The position numbers and the translations under genes were made by a program. 64,000 bases of DNA. Source: Candidatus Woesebacteria bacterium. GTDB taxonomy: Bacteria > Patescibacteriota > Microgenomatia > UBA8517. Positions 52,791-63,082 of the stretch are shown here, piece after piece. A model generated the notes under the pieces. The model did no database searches and was not told the DNA's origin. It saw only the letters and a program-made list of their open reading frames with translations. The stretch's first letter is position 1. The number at the start of each line of letters is the position of its first letter. The stretch lies in contig OY970314.1 in NCBI GenBank assembly GCA_963716475.1, positions 74,479 through 138,478 on the forward strand, read 5' to 3'.

Positions 52791-55557
52791 ACTTTGGAAG
52801 ATTTTAGGGGCTATTGGAGTAGTCATCTTGTCCCTGGCGGCGATTGGAATAACCGGCGCTTTTCTTTTTACACAAGTTAAAGATTGGATTTTTCTTCCTA
52901 AATTTGTCGGAACCGATACCTCGCAGTATATCCACATGGTTTTCTACTATATAAAGAATCCGCATTTCATCGTAGACGCATGGGACCACGTCTGGTTCAA
53001 CGGAGTTCCCAGATTAATTGATACCTCATGGATTCACTATACTCTGATAGCAACCTTTGCAAGATATTTTGGTGTCTATCAGGTTCTTAAAATTTATCCT
53101 GTTATTACTTTCTTTCTTGGAGCTGTGTTTGTTTATCTTTTTTTCTATGAAATTTCCAGAAGTATTTTGGTATCCCTTGCCTTAAGCATTTCTTTCGTTC
53201 TGGGGAAGGGATATTATACGGCTCTTTTTGAAAACGGCGTTGTAATATCCACCATGTCGCAGATGTTTCTCCCCATGCAGCTTTACTTTTTGGCAAGGTT
53301 TGTCAAAAGAGGCAATTACAAAAACCTTATTCTGGCATCAATAGTGAGCTCAATAGGCATGGGCGGGCACGTTTTGCTCATGCTCGTGTTTGGTGTGATT
53401 CCCTCGCTTATTTTTCTGCTTTTTAGTAACAGCAAAGGGAAGCATATATGGAGTATTTTCAGTAAAGAGGCTTTTTTAAATACATTTTTATTTGGTTTCT
53501 TAACATTACTTTTAGGTGCCGTTAGTCTTTGGCCGTATTTGGATTTGCTGTTTAGTGGTGGCGCTGCTATTCAGTGGAGGGCGGGATATTTAATTAGTGA
53601 TCCAAAGACCTGGGGGATAATGATGGATCTGAACAATCCCGGAAGCGGTATTGGTTTGGCGGCCGCAGTAATTATCGCCATACCCTTTATCATTTTCAAA
53701 AGGAGGCTGGATAAGGCTTTTGGGTCAATTTTTGCATTATTTATTTGGTATACGCTTTGGATGATTTCCTACACAGTAGTCGGCAATCTTTTTTTCCTTG
53801 TAATGTTTCCCGGTAGAATATATTGGATTTGGTCTTTGGTTTTGGGAGGTATGACTTCTGTTTTGGTGGCGTCAATGGATTTTGATGCAGAAGCGGGCGG
53901 TGTTGTTAAGAAGATTGGAAAATTTGCCATTGCCAACTTTAGCAAGATTGTGGTTGCGGGTGTAATTCTTTATGCAACTTTTATACCGTTTAGAGAAGAT
54001 CTGAGTCCATTTTTAAGTCAACTCAATATCCCCGCGAAATGGGAAACGGTAGATATAGTCAAACAAACCGAACAAAATGTTAGCTTCATACTCTCGCATA
54101 TTGATAACAGCAATACTAATCAGAGATTATGGACCCACAACTCGTTTATAAATCTTTCCTGGATACCCGTCTCAAATGTTCCTTTGTCTGAAGGCTATGC
54201 ACACTTTTGGACCCGCTACTCCAGACTTTGGGAAGGGTGGTTCTACGGGACGGTTTCCGCATCGAATTGGCAAAGTCAGGAGATACCCAGAGACATGGCC
54301 ACAGAGCAGTCCTTATTTTTCATTGATTGGTATGGAATTAAATATTTGTCAGCCCAGAAAAATGTAGGCGCGGAATGGGATGTTGCCGATCATTTCTATA
54401 TCAAATCCGATTATGTTGAAAGTATTGCATTAAATGATGCGGGGCTGAGCGTGATTACTATTTCTCCCGACTATACGTCGCCCATCGTTTCGTCAGTTAA
54501 TACCCCGGTTGTTGGATTTGTGGGTAGCGATGACTCGTATATGTCTTTTGTAAAAGATGTTGCGGTCCTGAACTTAAACACTTCCTACATGATTCCTGTG
54601 AGATTATCGAATACATTGTCCGAGCTTAGCAACGATAAATTGAAATACATGGACGCATTGGTTATTTATGATTATAAAAATGGATTATTTGGAAATTTAA
54701 AGTGGAGTGAAATTGAAAATTTTGTAAATAGGGGGGGCAAAGTCTGGATTGAAACAGGAGGGAATTCGATACTAAGTCAAAGCGGAAATCTTCCTAAAAT
54801 ATTTCCTATCTCCCGAAACAGTTATGGTTCACTAGGTGAAGAATGGGTGGCGGGGGGAGATATAGCAGGTAAAGTTGACTTTTCCCTGATGTCGAAACTT
54901 ATTTTCAAAGGAACTCCTTGGAAGTTATCATATGCTTCAACAAGTGATTTAAGAGAAGGAGCAAATGTACTTTTGACACAAAAGGGTAATCCTATTGCTG
55001 TATCTCAGAATATAGGGAAAGGCAAAGTAGTTTGGAGCGGAGCCAATTTTTTCTACAGACCCGAGGAATATAGACAAAATGGAATGAATGAAGTAAAACC
55101 GATAAATTTATTATTCCATGATTTATTGGGTGATCTTCCTAAAATCAAAATCGATTCTAAAGTAACCATGTCCACCCCGGAAAAGATAACTCTTACAGGA
55201 GTAAATTTATCAGGAGTAGTTCTCAAAGAAAATCATTGGCCGGGTTGGGTGGCAAAAGTAAATGCCGCAGGTAAAAATTATTCCGTTCCGGTTTTTTCCG
55301 CAGGGCCGGAATTAATGTATATTCCCATACCCAGGGAGGTCAGAAACGGTAATATAAGTGTAAATATGGATTATTTGGGCAGTCCGATAAATTGGATGGG
55401 GTTTGTAGTAACCGTATTTTCCTTAATTGCCTGTATAATTTATCTCTTATTTGGTAATATATTTCATATTAAACTTGGAGGTAAGGTGACTTCCTACTTG
55501 GATGCGAAAAAATATATATCCAAAATTTCCGGCTGGTGGGGGAAAGAGGATGAGTAA
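52774..55557 (+). CDS. Large polytopic membrane protein, paralogue of 49791-52790
   Basis: 927 aa with the same architecture and shared motifs ('GGKVWIETGGN' versus 'GGGNLFINSGWQ', plus the GKGKV block and a C-terminal TM). Confidence 0.55.
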   Translation: MIPMRKLWKILGAIGVVILSLAAIGITGAFLFTQVKDWIFLPKFVGTDTSQYIHMVFYYIKNPHFIVDAWDHVWFNGVPRLIDTSWIHYTLIATFARYFGVYQVLKIYPVITFFLGAVFVYLFFYEISRSILVSLALSISFVLGKGYYTALFENGVVISTMSQMFLPMQLYFLARFVKRGNYKNLILASIVSSIGMGGHVLLMLVFGVIPSLIFLLFSNSKGKHIWSIFSKEAFLNTFLFGFLTLLLGAVSLWPYLDLLFSGGAAIQWRAGYLISDPKTWGIMMDLNNPGSGIGLAAAVIIAIPFIIFKRRLDKAFGSIFALFIWYTLWMISYTVVGNLFFLVMFPGRIYWIWSLVLGGMTSVLVASMDFDAEAGGVVKKIGKFAIANFSKIVVAGVILYATFIPFREDLSPFLSQLNIPAKWETVDIVKQTEQNVSFILSHIDNSNTNQRLWTHNSFINLSWIPVSNVPLSEGYAHFWTRYSRLWEGWFYGTVSASNWQSQEIPRDMATEQSLFFIDWYGIKYLSAQKNVGAEWDVADHFYIKSDYVESIALNDAGLSVITISPDYTSPIVSSVNTPVVGFVGSDDSYMSFVKDVAVLNLNTSYMIPVRLSNTLSELSNDKLKYMDALVIYDYKNGLFGNLKWSEIENFVNRGGKVWIETGGNSILSQSGNLPKIFPISRNSYGSLGEEWVAGGDIAGKVDFSLMSKLIFKGTPWKLSYASTSDLREGANVLLTQKGNPIAVSQNIGKGKVVWSGANFFYRPEEYRQNGMNEVKPINLLFHDLLGDLPKIKIDSKVTMSTPEKITLTGVNLSGVVLKENHWPGWVAKVNAAGKNYSVPVFSAGPELMYIPIPREVRNGNISVNMDYLGSPINWMGFVVTVFSLIACIIYLLFGNIFHIKLGGKVTSYLDAKKYISKISGWWGKEDE

Positions 55558-57009
55558 ATGAAAATTGCTTTCTGTTATCCTCCATTCACAAAAAATGGAC
55601 GCTATCCTAACCTGCCTCAAAATCGCCAATTTATCTATGAGGCTTCAAATGAGGTAAAAATCTACCCCGTGGTTCTTGCAACAGCAGCTACATGGTTAAA
55701 AAATTTAGGCCACGAAGTTCTTTGGCTGGACGGAGTGACAAGGCGTTTAAAAATGACCGAATTTAATTCGAAGCTAAATAAGTTTAAACCGGATATAGTT
55801 ATATTGGAGTGCAAAGCCCCGATCATGAATAAAATTTGGAACTTTATTAATAAAAATAAATTTCCAAAATCAGTTATATTGGGAGATCATGTAAGTTTTT
55901 TTCCTGAGGAGTCATTTAAAAAGTCCAAGGTAGATTATATTTTGACAGGTGGCGATTACGACTTTCTTATTAAAGATTTAGTGGAACACATTACTAAAGG
56001 TAAGCGATTAGGAAAAGGTGTTTGGTATAGGGAAGAAGGAAGAATAAAAAACACGGGGGAATTTGTTCCCAATAACGACCTTAATGAAGTACCTGTTATA
56101 GACAGAGAGCTTACAAGATGGAAGGACTATGGAGAGGCATACTTGTATCGCCCCTGCGCTTATATTATGTCAGGGAGAGGCTGCGGAATAGACAAGGAAA
56201 AATGTGGCATCTGCACTTTCTGTATATGGGAACACGCACTTTGGAAAAGGCAGGCAAGGCTTGCGATGCCGGAACAGGTTTTGAAAGAAGTAAAAAATCT
56301 TGCGAGCTTGGGTGTAAAAGAAATATTTGATGATTGCGAAAGCGGGGGGATGTGGAATATTGAATGGCTGAAAAGGTTTTATGAACTTCTCAAAAAGGAA
56401 AAACTTTTGGGTAAAGTTACGTTCTCCTCTAATGCAAGAGGAGACCAGCTTACCAAAGAAAAATGTAAACTTCTCAAAAAAATGAATTACAGACTACTTA
56501 AAGTGGGTTTGGAATCAGGTTCAAACAAAACTTTGGAACAAATTGCCAAAAGAGAAGTAATTGAAGATATCATTAAAGGTGTAAAAACGGCAAAAGATGC
56601 TGGTTTAAGAGTAATGCTTACGATAATGGTAGGTTATCCATGGGAGACGGAGGAAGAAGTGCAAATAACCTACGAGATCACCAAGAAACTGTTGCTTTAT
56701 AAAACCAGAGCGGGAGATTGTCTGCAATCGTCGGTAATTGTTTCCTACCCCGGGACGCCGCTTTGGAATATGGCAAAAACCAATAAATGGTTGAAAATTA
56801 ACCCTCTGGATTACGAGAAATACGATATGTCCAGGCCTATTCTTAAATCAAAATACAATCCCGTTAAATGGTGTCAAAAAATATGGTCGATTCAGAGTAG
56901 CCCATTGTTTATTGCTAAATCTGCAATTGGTATGAACAGCTTTCAGGACATGGCTCTTCTGGCACGAGGTGCAAAGTCTCTCGTAGGGCATATAATGGAT
57001 TTTTCATAA
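55558..57009 (+). CDS. B12-binding-domain radical SAM enzyme (class B-like), atypical Cys cluster
   Basis: 483 aa. The N-terminal Rossmann-like segment resembles a cobalamin-binding domain. The Cys cluster is 'SGRGCGIDKEKCGICTFC'. The ATG immediately follows the upstream stop. Confidence 0.65.
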   Translation: MKIAFCYPPFTKNGRYPNLPQNRQFIYEASNEVKIYPVVLATAATWLKNLGHEVLWLDGVTRRLKMTEFNSKLNKFKPDIVILECKAPIMNKIWNFINKNKFPKSVILGDHVSFFPEESFKKSKVDYILTGGDYDFLIKDLVEHITKGKRLGKGVWYREEGRIKNTGEFVPNNDLNEVPVIDRELTRWKDYGEAYLYRPCAYIMSGRGCGIDKEKCGICTFCIWEHALWKRQARLAMPEQVLKEVKNLASLGVKEIFDDCESGGMWNIEWLKRFYELLKKEKLLGKVTFSSNARGDQLTKEKCKLLKKMNYRLLKVGLESGSNKTLEQIAKREVIEDIIKGVKTAKDAGLRVMLTIMVGYPWETEEEVQITYEITKKLLLYKTRAGDCLQSSVIVSYPGTPLWNMAKTNKWLKINPLDYEKYDMSRPILKSKYNPVKWCQKIWSIQSSPLFIAKSAIGMNSFQDMALLARGAKSLVGHIMDFS

Positions 57010-57026
57010 GGTTTATTTTTAATTAA

Positions 57027-58397
57027 ATGAAAATTGTATTGGTTCATTCTGCTCAAAAAGCCTGGACAAAAGCTGCCCTAATACCTTTAGGTATTGGATA
57101 TATTGCCTCGTATTTGGAAAAAAATGGCTTTGACGATATCAGGATAGTTGATTATAGTGTTGAACGTAAAGCCAGGCTCCCTAAGGCCGATGTGGTTGGA
57201 ATATCCGCAACCACGGCATCAATAAAATCTGCCTGGAATTTTGCTAAAAAAGCAAAAAAAATGGGGGCTATTACTATAATTGGAGGAACTCATGCCTCAG
57301 CCTTACCGGAAGAGACAATACGGTTACCATATGTTGATATTGTTTGTATTGGAGAAGGTGAGCAAACAATGCTCGAGATATGCCGAATGATTAAATCAGG
57401 TAAAAATTCTTTTGAGAAGATTAAGGGTATTTGCTACAAAAAGAATGGGAAAATATTCTTTAACAAGCCACGGCCTTTTATTTCAGATTTAGATAGTCTT
57501 CCTTTTCCTGCCTATCATTTATTTAAGCTCCCGCTGTATTCAACTGCGCAACCCCTCGTTTCGTTCCGCAAACCTGTTGCCAATCTGGTTACATCCAGAG
57601 GCTGTCCATTTGGCTGCAATTTTTGTTATAAAGGTACCTTTGGTCGCACCTGGAGGCCCAGAAGTATAGAAAATGTTCTTGCTGAGTGGGAGTATTTAGT
57701 TAAAGAAGTTAAAGTATCCGAAATAGCTATGGTGGATGATGCCTTTAACTTGGACGTGAACCGTGCTATTAAAATTTGTAAGGAAATTAAAAAAAGAAAC
57801 CTAGTAATTCCCTGGAGATCCTCAAGTGGCATAAGAGCTGATCGTTCCTCTAAAAAATTATTAAAAATTATGAAAGAAGCTGGATGTTTTCATCTGGCTT
57901 TTGGAGTTGAATCTGGCGTGCAAAAAGTATTGGATGAGATTATTCATAAACAGCTTAAATTAAGTAGTGTAAAAAAGGCCTTTAAAATGTGCCGAGAGTT
58001 AGGCATTACATCGTGGGCATTTTTTATGATTGGAAATGTTGGTGAAACGTTAAAGAATGTACAAAAAACCATCGATTTTGCAATAAAACTGGACCCGGAC
58101 TTTGCCCAGTTTACTGTAGCAACGCCATTTCCCGGTACCTCTCTTTATCAGTTGGTCACCAAGGGTGGACAATTAAAAGTTAAGGACTGGGATAAATTTT
58201 ATATGTTTGGAAATAAAGGTTATTTTAACAATAATCTTAAAGCAGGAGACATAGAGCGATTAACTACCCACGCATATAGAAAATTCTATCTTAGACCGAA
58301 AGTTGTTTTTAGATTATTTAGGCGAAAGCAAACTTATTTGGCTTTATCGAATGTAATATCCGGAGCTTTTCACTATTTTTTTAATTACAACTTTTAA
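57027..58397 (+). CDS. B12-binding-domain radical SAM enzyme (class B-like)
   Basis: 456 aa with 'TSRGCPFGCNFCYK' (CxxxCxxC) after an N-terminal B12-binding-like domain ('VVGISATTAS...'). Confidence 0.78.
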   Translation: MKIVLVHSAQKAWTKAALIPLGIGYIASYLEKNGFDDIRIVDYSVERKARLPKADVVGISATTASIKSAWNFAKKAKKMGAITIIGGTHASALPEETIRLPYVDIVCIGEGEQTMLEICRMIKSGKNSFEKIKGICYKKNGKIFFNKPRPFISDLDSLPFPAYHLFKLPLYSTAQPLVSFRKPVANLVTSRGCPFGCNFCYKGTFGRTWRPRSIENVLAEWEYLVKEVKVSEIAMVDDAFNLDVNRAIKICKEIKKRNLVIPWRSSSGIRADRSSKKLLKIMKEAGCFHLAFGVESGVQKVLDEIIHKQLKLSSVKKAFKMCRELGITSWAFFMIGNVGETLKNVQKTIDFAIKLDPDFAQFTVATPFPGTSLYQLVTKGGQLKVKDWDKFYMFGNKGYFNNNLKAGDIERLTTHAYRKFYLRPKVVFRLFRRKQTYLALSNVISGAFHYFFNYNF

Positions 58398-58399
58398 TC

Positions 58400-59185
58400 A
58401 TGAAATTGCAAAAAAAATTTTTGAAAATTTTTCTTCAAAAACAGCCTTCTTTCCAGGCACTTTTTAGATCTGTTGAGGCAGATGCTTTAGCTGATTACAC
58501 AATCATTGATCCTGTAGTGGATCTTGGTTGTGGAGATGGTTCGTTTACTGAAGCATTTTTGGGGAAGGGCAGAAAAATAATAGGAATAGACACAAATCCC
58601 AAGGATTTAAAAGAAGCGGAGAAAAGGGGAATATATTCTAATATCTACGAAACCTCAGGTAGCAACCTCCCTCAAAAGGATGAACAGGTGGGTACGGTAT
58701 TTGCAAATAGCGTTTTGGAACACATAAAAGATTTAGATCCGGTCCTAAAGGAGTCGTATAGGGTTTTAAAAAAGGGAGGGACATTTGTTTTTACGGCTCC
58801 TAGTGAAAAAAGATTAAAACTTTATTTAGTTTACCGTCTACTTTCATTTTTTAGACTAAATAGGCTAGCAACTGTATCAGCCAACCTTATGGATAAGATA
58901 TTTGTACATTATAATTGTTGGTCATCGAAAACATGGAGCAATAAGCTGCATAATATTGGATTTAGCAAGGTCAAATATCAGTATAGAGGGTCACCCAGGA
59001 TATCACTAATCAGTGATCTTCTTTTCATCTTTGCGCCCATAGGATATTTAGAGAAGAAATTATTTGGACGCTATTTAGGATGGAGAAAGTATATAAGCCT
59101 GGTAATATATTTGTTTCTAAAAGATTACAAAGATGCATTGATTGGTAATAACGGTTCTGTTATAGTCGTTGAGGCAACCAAATAA
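58400..59185 (+). CDS. Class I SAM-dependent methyltransferase
   Basis: 'VVDLGCGDGSF' motif I and 'FANSVLEHIKD'. 261 aa. Confidence 0.75.
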   Translation: MKLQKKFLKIFLQKQPSFQALFRSVEADALADYTIIDPVVDLGCGDGSFTEAFLGKGRKIIGIDTNPKDLKEAEKRGIYSNIYETSGSNLPQKDEQVGTVFANSVLEHIKDLDPVLKESYRVLKKGGTFVFTAPSEKRLKLYLVYRLLSFFRLNRLATVSANLMDKIFVHYNCWSSKTWSNKLHNIGFSKVKYQYRGSPRISLISDLLFIFAPIGYLEKKLFGRYLGWRKYISLVIYLFLKDYKDALIGNNGSVIVVEATK

Positions 59186-60615
59186 TGAAAATATTATTAA
59201 TAAACCCCCCGAGAGTAATGGGGTATCCCGTGGTAAGAGAGGAGCGCTTCGAACACAAAGATATGGGTTCAGTTTATCCTCCTCTTAGTCTACTTCAAAC
59301 AGCAGCCATATTGGAAAAAGAGAAATATACAGTTTCTTTAATAGACGCAAATGGATTTGATTTGAAACTGACGGAGGTAGGTCAAAAGATAAAGGAATTT
59401 GAGCCGGATATGGTACTTATTAGAATAGGATTCGATACTCAAAAAACAGACCTGAAAGTTGTCAGCTTAGCTAAGAAATTTGGTGCTGTAACAATTGTCA
59501 GAAACCATATCATTTCGAGGACTCCTAAAATTAAGCAGGAAATCCTTAAGAAATATACCGCAATTGATATTCTTTTAAACCAGGAACCTGAAGCGGTCAT
59601 GCCCCAGCTGGCAAGAGTGATAAAAAGTAAAGCGGATTTATCTCAAGTTAAGGGAATTACATTTAGACTTGGAAGAAAGTTGATAACAACAGAAGATGCT
59701 TCAATTTTGTACGATCTTAATAAACTGCCGTTTCCCGCATACCACCTTTTACCCAACATGAACGTATATTACTCGGGTACTTACGGACCGCCATTTAGCG
59801 TAATACTTTGTTCCAGGGGGTGTCCGTTTAATTGTGCTTTCTGTGCCTACGGTCGAATGCCTTACCGAGTGAGGAGCCCCATTAACATAGCAAATGAACT
59901 TGAAAGGTTGACGAAAGAAGTAAAGGTGCATGAGTTCTGTCTTTTTGATGACGTGGCGACTCTCGATCCTGCTAGGATGATTGAGATTTGTAAGGAAATA
60001 ATTTCCAGGAAAATCAAGATCAGATGGGCTGCGGGACTAAGGGCCCCAACCGTCACTTATAAAATGCTTAGCTGGATGAAGAAAGCCGGCTGTGACGAGA
60101 TAGCAATAGGAATGGAAAATGGTACGGATGAAATATTAACCGCCATGGATAAAAGGGTTACAGTGGAAGATATTAAAAAAGCATCGGAAGCGGCACACAA
60201 GGCCGGTGTAAGAATATATGCAATGTTCATTATTGGTCTTCCCGGAGAAACCAAAGAAAGTGTGGAAGCAACCATTAAGCTTGCAAAAGAGATTAAACCT
60301 TTCTACACGCAATTTATGTTTGCGACACCATTTCCAGATACCAGAATTTACGAATATTACAAAAAGAATAAGTTTCTTTTATCAGAAGACTGGAGTAAAT
60401 ATTTTCCATTAAATAAGGAACCGATTGTTAGAACTAGAGATTTGACCAAAGGAGACCTAATAAACTTAAAAAATAGAGCGTATAGAGAAACGCTATTTGA
60501 TTTTAAATCCTTACTCGGACAAATCAGATGGAATGATTGGAAATGGAATATTCGAGGTATAAAACAGGTTTCCAAAAGAATGTTGGCTGCCCTTAGTTTT
60601 GAGCCCCTACGCTAA
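59185..60615 (+). CDS. B12-binding-domain radical SAM enzyme (class B-like)
   Basis: 476 aa with 'CSRGCPFNCAFCAYG'. TAATG overlap with the upstream stop. Confidence 0.78.
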   Translation: MKILLINPPRVMGYPVVREERFEHKDMGSVYPPLSLLQTAAILEKEKYTVSLIDANGFDLKLTEVGQKIKEFEPDMVLIRIGFDTQKTDLKVVSLAKKFGAVTIVRNHIISRTPKIKQEILKKYTAIDILLNQEPEAVMPQLARVIKSKADLSQVKGITFRLGRKLITTEDASILYDLNKLPFPAYHLLPNMNVYYSGTYGPPFSVILCSRGCPFNCAFCAYGRMPYRVRSPINIANELERLTKEVKVHEFCLFDDVATLDPARMIEICKEIISRKIKIRWAAGLRAPTVTYKMLSWMKKAGCDEIAIGMENGTDEILTAMDKRVTVEDIKKASEAAHKAGVRIYAMFIIGLPGETKESVEATIKLAKEIKPFYTQFMFATPFPDTRIYEYYKKNKFLLSEDWSKYFPLNKEPIVRTRDLTKGDLINLKNRAYRETLFDFKSLLGQIRWNDWKWNIRGIKQVSKRMLAALSFEPLR

Positions 60616-60619
60616 CGGT

Positions 60620-61699
60620 ATGAAGATTTTAGTTTTAAGCAGCCTGGCTGGCGATACAGGCAGCTATATCCGGGCGCTACAACTGACAGAAAGCCTCAAA
60701 GGGAATGGGGTAAAAGTCGAATTGGTTAGACCATCTCCGAAAACTTTACCATTTAAACTTGATTTATTATTTTCATTACCACGTTATCTGTACGAGATAA
60801 TTTTTTTCAAATACGACTACATAATGGCAGTAAAATCTTACCCTAATGTCGGAATCCCTATATTTTTTAAAAAATTGATCAGCCCGACAAAAATTATTCT
60901 GGATACAGATGATTTGTCCTTTGCCTATACGAAAGGATTATGGTCTTGGTTTTCAAAAATTCTTCAGGAGATATTTTTGCCACTTGCCGATTTGTATACC
61001 TGTCACAACCCTAAACTCAAGAAATATTTGGTCGGGAAACTTAAAATACCCTCTGCCAAGGTCTATTTTTTACCCCAGGGGGTATCGCATATCTTTTTTG
61101 AACCGAAAGTGTCGTTATTAAAAGAAAAACGGCTTAAAGAGCGGTTAAAGATTGGTGGTTCTTTGGTATTAATATTTACCGGACATTTGGATGTTGCTTG
61201 CGATTTACCTATGATTCTCAGATCTTTGCCACAGGTTTTCAATGTTTATCCCCAAGCAAGGTTGGTAATTATCGGAGACGGTTTGAGAAAAAAAGAAATG
61301 CAGTCACTGTCCCAGAAATTAAAAATTGCCGATAAATTAATTTGGATAGGTTTAGTTTCAAATAATCAAATCCCGAATTATCTAAATATGACTGATATAT
61401 GTCTGGTCTATTATCAAAATACCAGGGCTAATCTTTATAGAGTTTCACTTAAAATTAGAGAATATTTAGCCATGGGTAAAAAGGTAGTTTCTAACAATAC
61501 GGGGGACCTGAAATTATTTGCAAAATACTCTTATCAAACAGATTCTAATTTGGTGGATTATGGAAGAATGGTGGATCGGTTGCTGGGCGGTTATAGCGAC
61601 GGGCGGGAAAAAAAAGGAAAATTGTTCGTAAAGAAGAATTACTTATGGTCTATGATAGGAAAGAATTTTATTCAATTTTTAAAAAAGGAATTTAAATGA
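60620..61699 (+). CDS. GT-B (GT4/GT1-like) glycosyltransferase
   Basis: 'MKILVLSSLAGDTGSYIRA' N-terminus and C-terminal 'REYLAMGKKVVSNNTGDL'. I prefer ATG 60620 to 60599. Confidence 0.65.
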   Translation: MKILVLSSLAGDTGSYIRALQLTESLKGNGVKVELVRPSPKTLPFKLDLLFSLPRYLYEIIFFKYDYIMAVKSYPNVGIPIFFKKLISPTKIILDTDDLSFAYTKGLWSWFSKILQEIFLPLADLYTCHNPKLKKYLVGKLKIPSAKVYFLPQGVSHIFFEPKVSLLKEKRLKERLKIGGSLVLIFTGHLDVACDLPMILRSLPQVFNVYPQARLVIIGDGLRKKEMQSLSQKLKIADKLIWIGLVSNNQIPNYLNMTDICLVYYQNTRANLYRVSLKIREYLAMGKKVVSNNTGDLKLFAKYSYQTDSNLVDYGRMVDRLLGGYSDGREKKGKLFVKKNYLWSMIGKNFIQFLKKEFK

Positions 61700-62826
61700 A
61701 ATTATTCAAATTTAGCATTGTTATCCCTGTGAAACCTGGAAGAGTAATAGGAGCAGCTTTAAAAGCACTGAAGAAAGTGAATTACCCGACTAATCTAATC
61801 GAAGTAATAGTTGCATACGGATTTAATCCCTCGAGGCAGAGAAATAAGGCAGCGAATTTTTCTGGGGGCGAAATTATATATTTTCTTGATGATAATTCTG
61901 AAATTGACAAGAACGCTTTTCGGAAAGTAAATGATGTTTTTACAGGGAAAGAGATAAAGATAAGAAATTCCGGATTCAGAGGGTTTTCATTTTTTCCAGA
62001 GTCGGTTTCAAATGTAATTCAGAAAATATTTTTTTCGTCAAAAATTTACAAAGGAGAAATAGGAGCTGTTGGCGGACCAAATGTATGGACCAGGAAAGAA
62101 AACTTCTGGGAAACGGTATCCGGGGCTACTCAAGAGTCGTTCTTTTTACAAACGCGAATGGCTGCACGTCACAGGCCGATTGGTTTATTTCATAGAGCCA
62201 GCGAAAAGGAATTGGTATTATGTAATCTGGCTGTTAGAAGTGGGGTTTTTAAAAAAGTCGGTGGTTTTAATGAGGATCTTTATCCGAACGAAGAAAACGA
62301 ACTCTTAAACCGGTTTGAAAGTGCCGGATATCAACTTGCTTATCACCCTCAGGTAAAGGTTGAAAGACCGAGAAGGCAATCTTTAAATGGTTTGTTGGAT
62401 ATGTTTTACAATTACGGAAGGGGCAGAATGGAACAAATTCGTTTGGAGGGACTCGTACCCAATCTGCCTTTGACATCTCCTTTACTGTTGATTGTTTATT
62501 TATTGTTACTGGTGGTTGTTTTGAGCTTAAATAAAAATTATTTAGTTAATATTATTTTTCTATGCCCAATTATTATTTATTTACTTATGTCCTTAGGTTC
62601 GGCAGGCGGGTCCGCCCTGAGAAAAAATAAAATGTATTTAGTCGTTTTTCTACCAATAATGTTTCTAATTTCCCATCTAACTTATGCTTTGGGACTTATT
62701 GGGGGACTATTTACAAATCTAAAGAAAAAAAAGATAAGAGGTAAACACACGGAAATTAAATTGGTCAAACTAAAGGAATTTGGTAAGGCTTGGCAAAAGT
62801 ATGATTATGATAAAATGATGCCGTGA
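61696..62826 (+). CDS. GT2 glycosyltransferase with C-terminal TM segments
   Basis: 'FSIVIPVKPGR', 'IYFLDDNSEID' and 'PNEENELLNR'. The last ~120 aa are hydrophobic. ATGA overlap with the upstream stop. Confidence 0.68.
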   Translation: MKLFKFSIVIPVKPGRVIGAALKALKKVNYPTNLIEVIVAYGFNPSRQRNKAANFSGGEIIYFLDDNSEIDKNAFRKVNDVFTGKEIKIRNSGFRGFSFFPESVSNVIQKIFFSSKIYKGEIGAVGGPNVWTRKENFWETVSGATQESFFLQTRMAARHRPIGLFHRASEKELVLCNLAVRSGVFKKVGGFNEDLYPNEENELLNRFESAGYQLAYHPQVKVERPRRQSLNGLLDMFYNYGRGRMEQIRLEGLVPNLPLTSPLLLIVYLLLLVVVLSLNKNYLVNIIFLCPIIIYLLMSLGSAGGSALRKNKMYLVVFLPIMFLISHLTYALGLIGGLFTNLKKKKIRGKHTEIKLVKLKEFGKAWQKYDYDKMMP

Positions 62827-63008
62827 CGAAATTATCCGTTGATCAGAAGAAGTGCATTGGTTGTGGTTTATGCGAGGCTTTGGCCCCTAAAACTTTTAAG
62901 CTTAATTCTATAGGTAAATCTGAAGTAATTAACCAAAAAGGTGACAGTAAGGCCGATATTCAAAACGCGATTGACAGTTGCCCCGTCAAAGCTATTTCGT
63001 ATAAGTAA
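62823..63008 (+). CDS. Small single-cluster ferredoxin
   Basis: 61 aa with 'CIGCGLCEALAP...CPVKAI' (CxxCxxC...CP). GTG start overlapping the upstream TGA (GTGA). Confidence 0.75.
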   Translation: MTKLSVDQKKCIGCGLCEALAPKTFKLNSIGKSEVINQKGDSKADIQNAIDSCPVKAISYK

Positions 63009-63082
63009 TCTTCCTCAAGGTACGAAGAGCCCCGATCACCTTGTCAGGCTCGGTAAATGATGATATATATAGCCATACTTTC

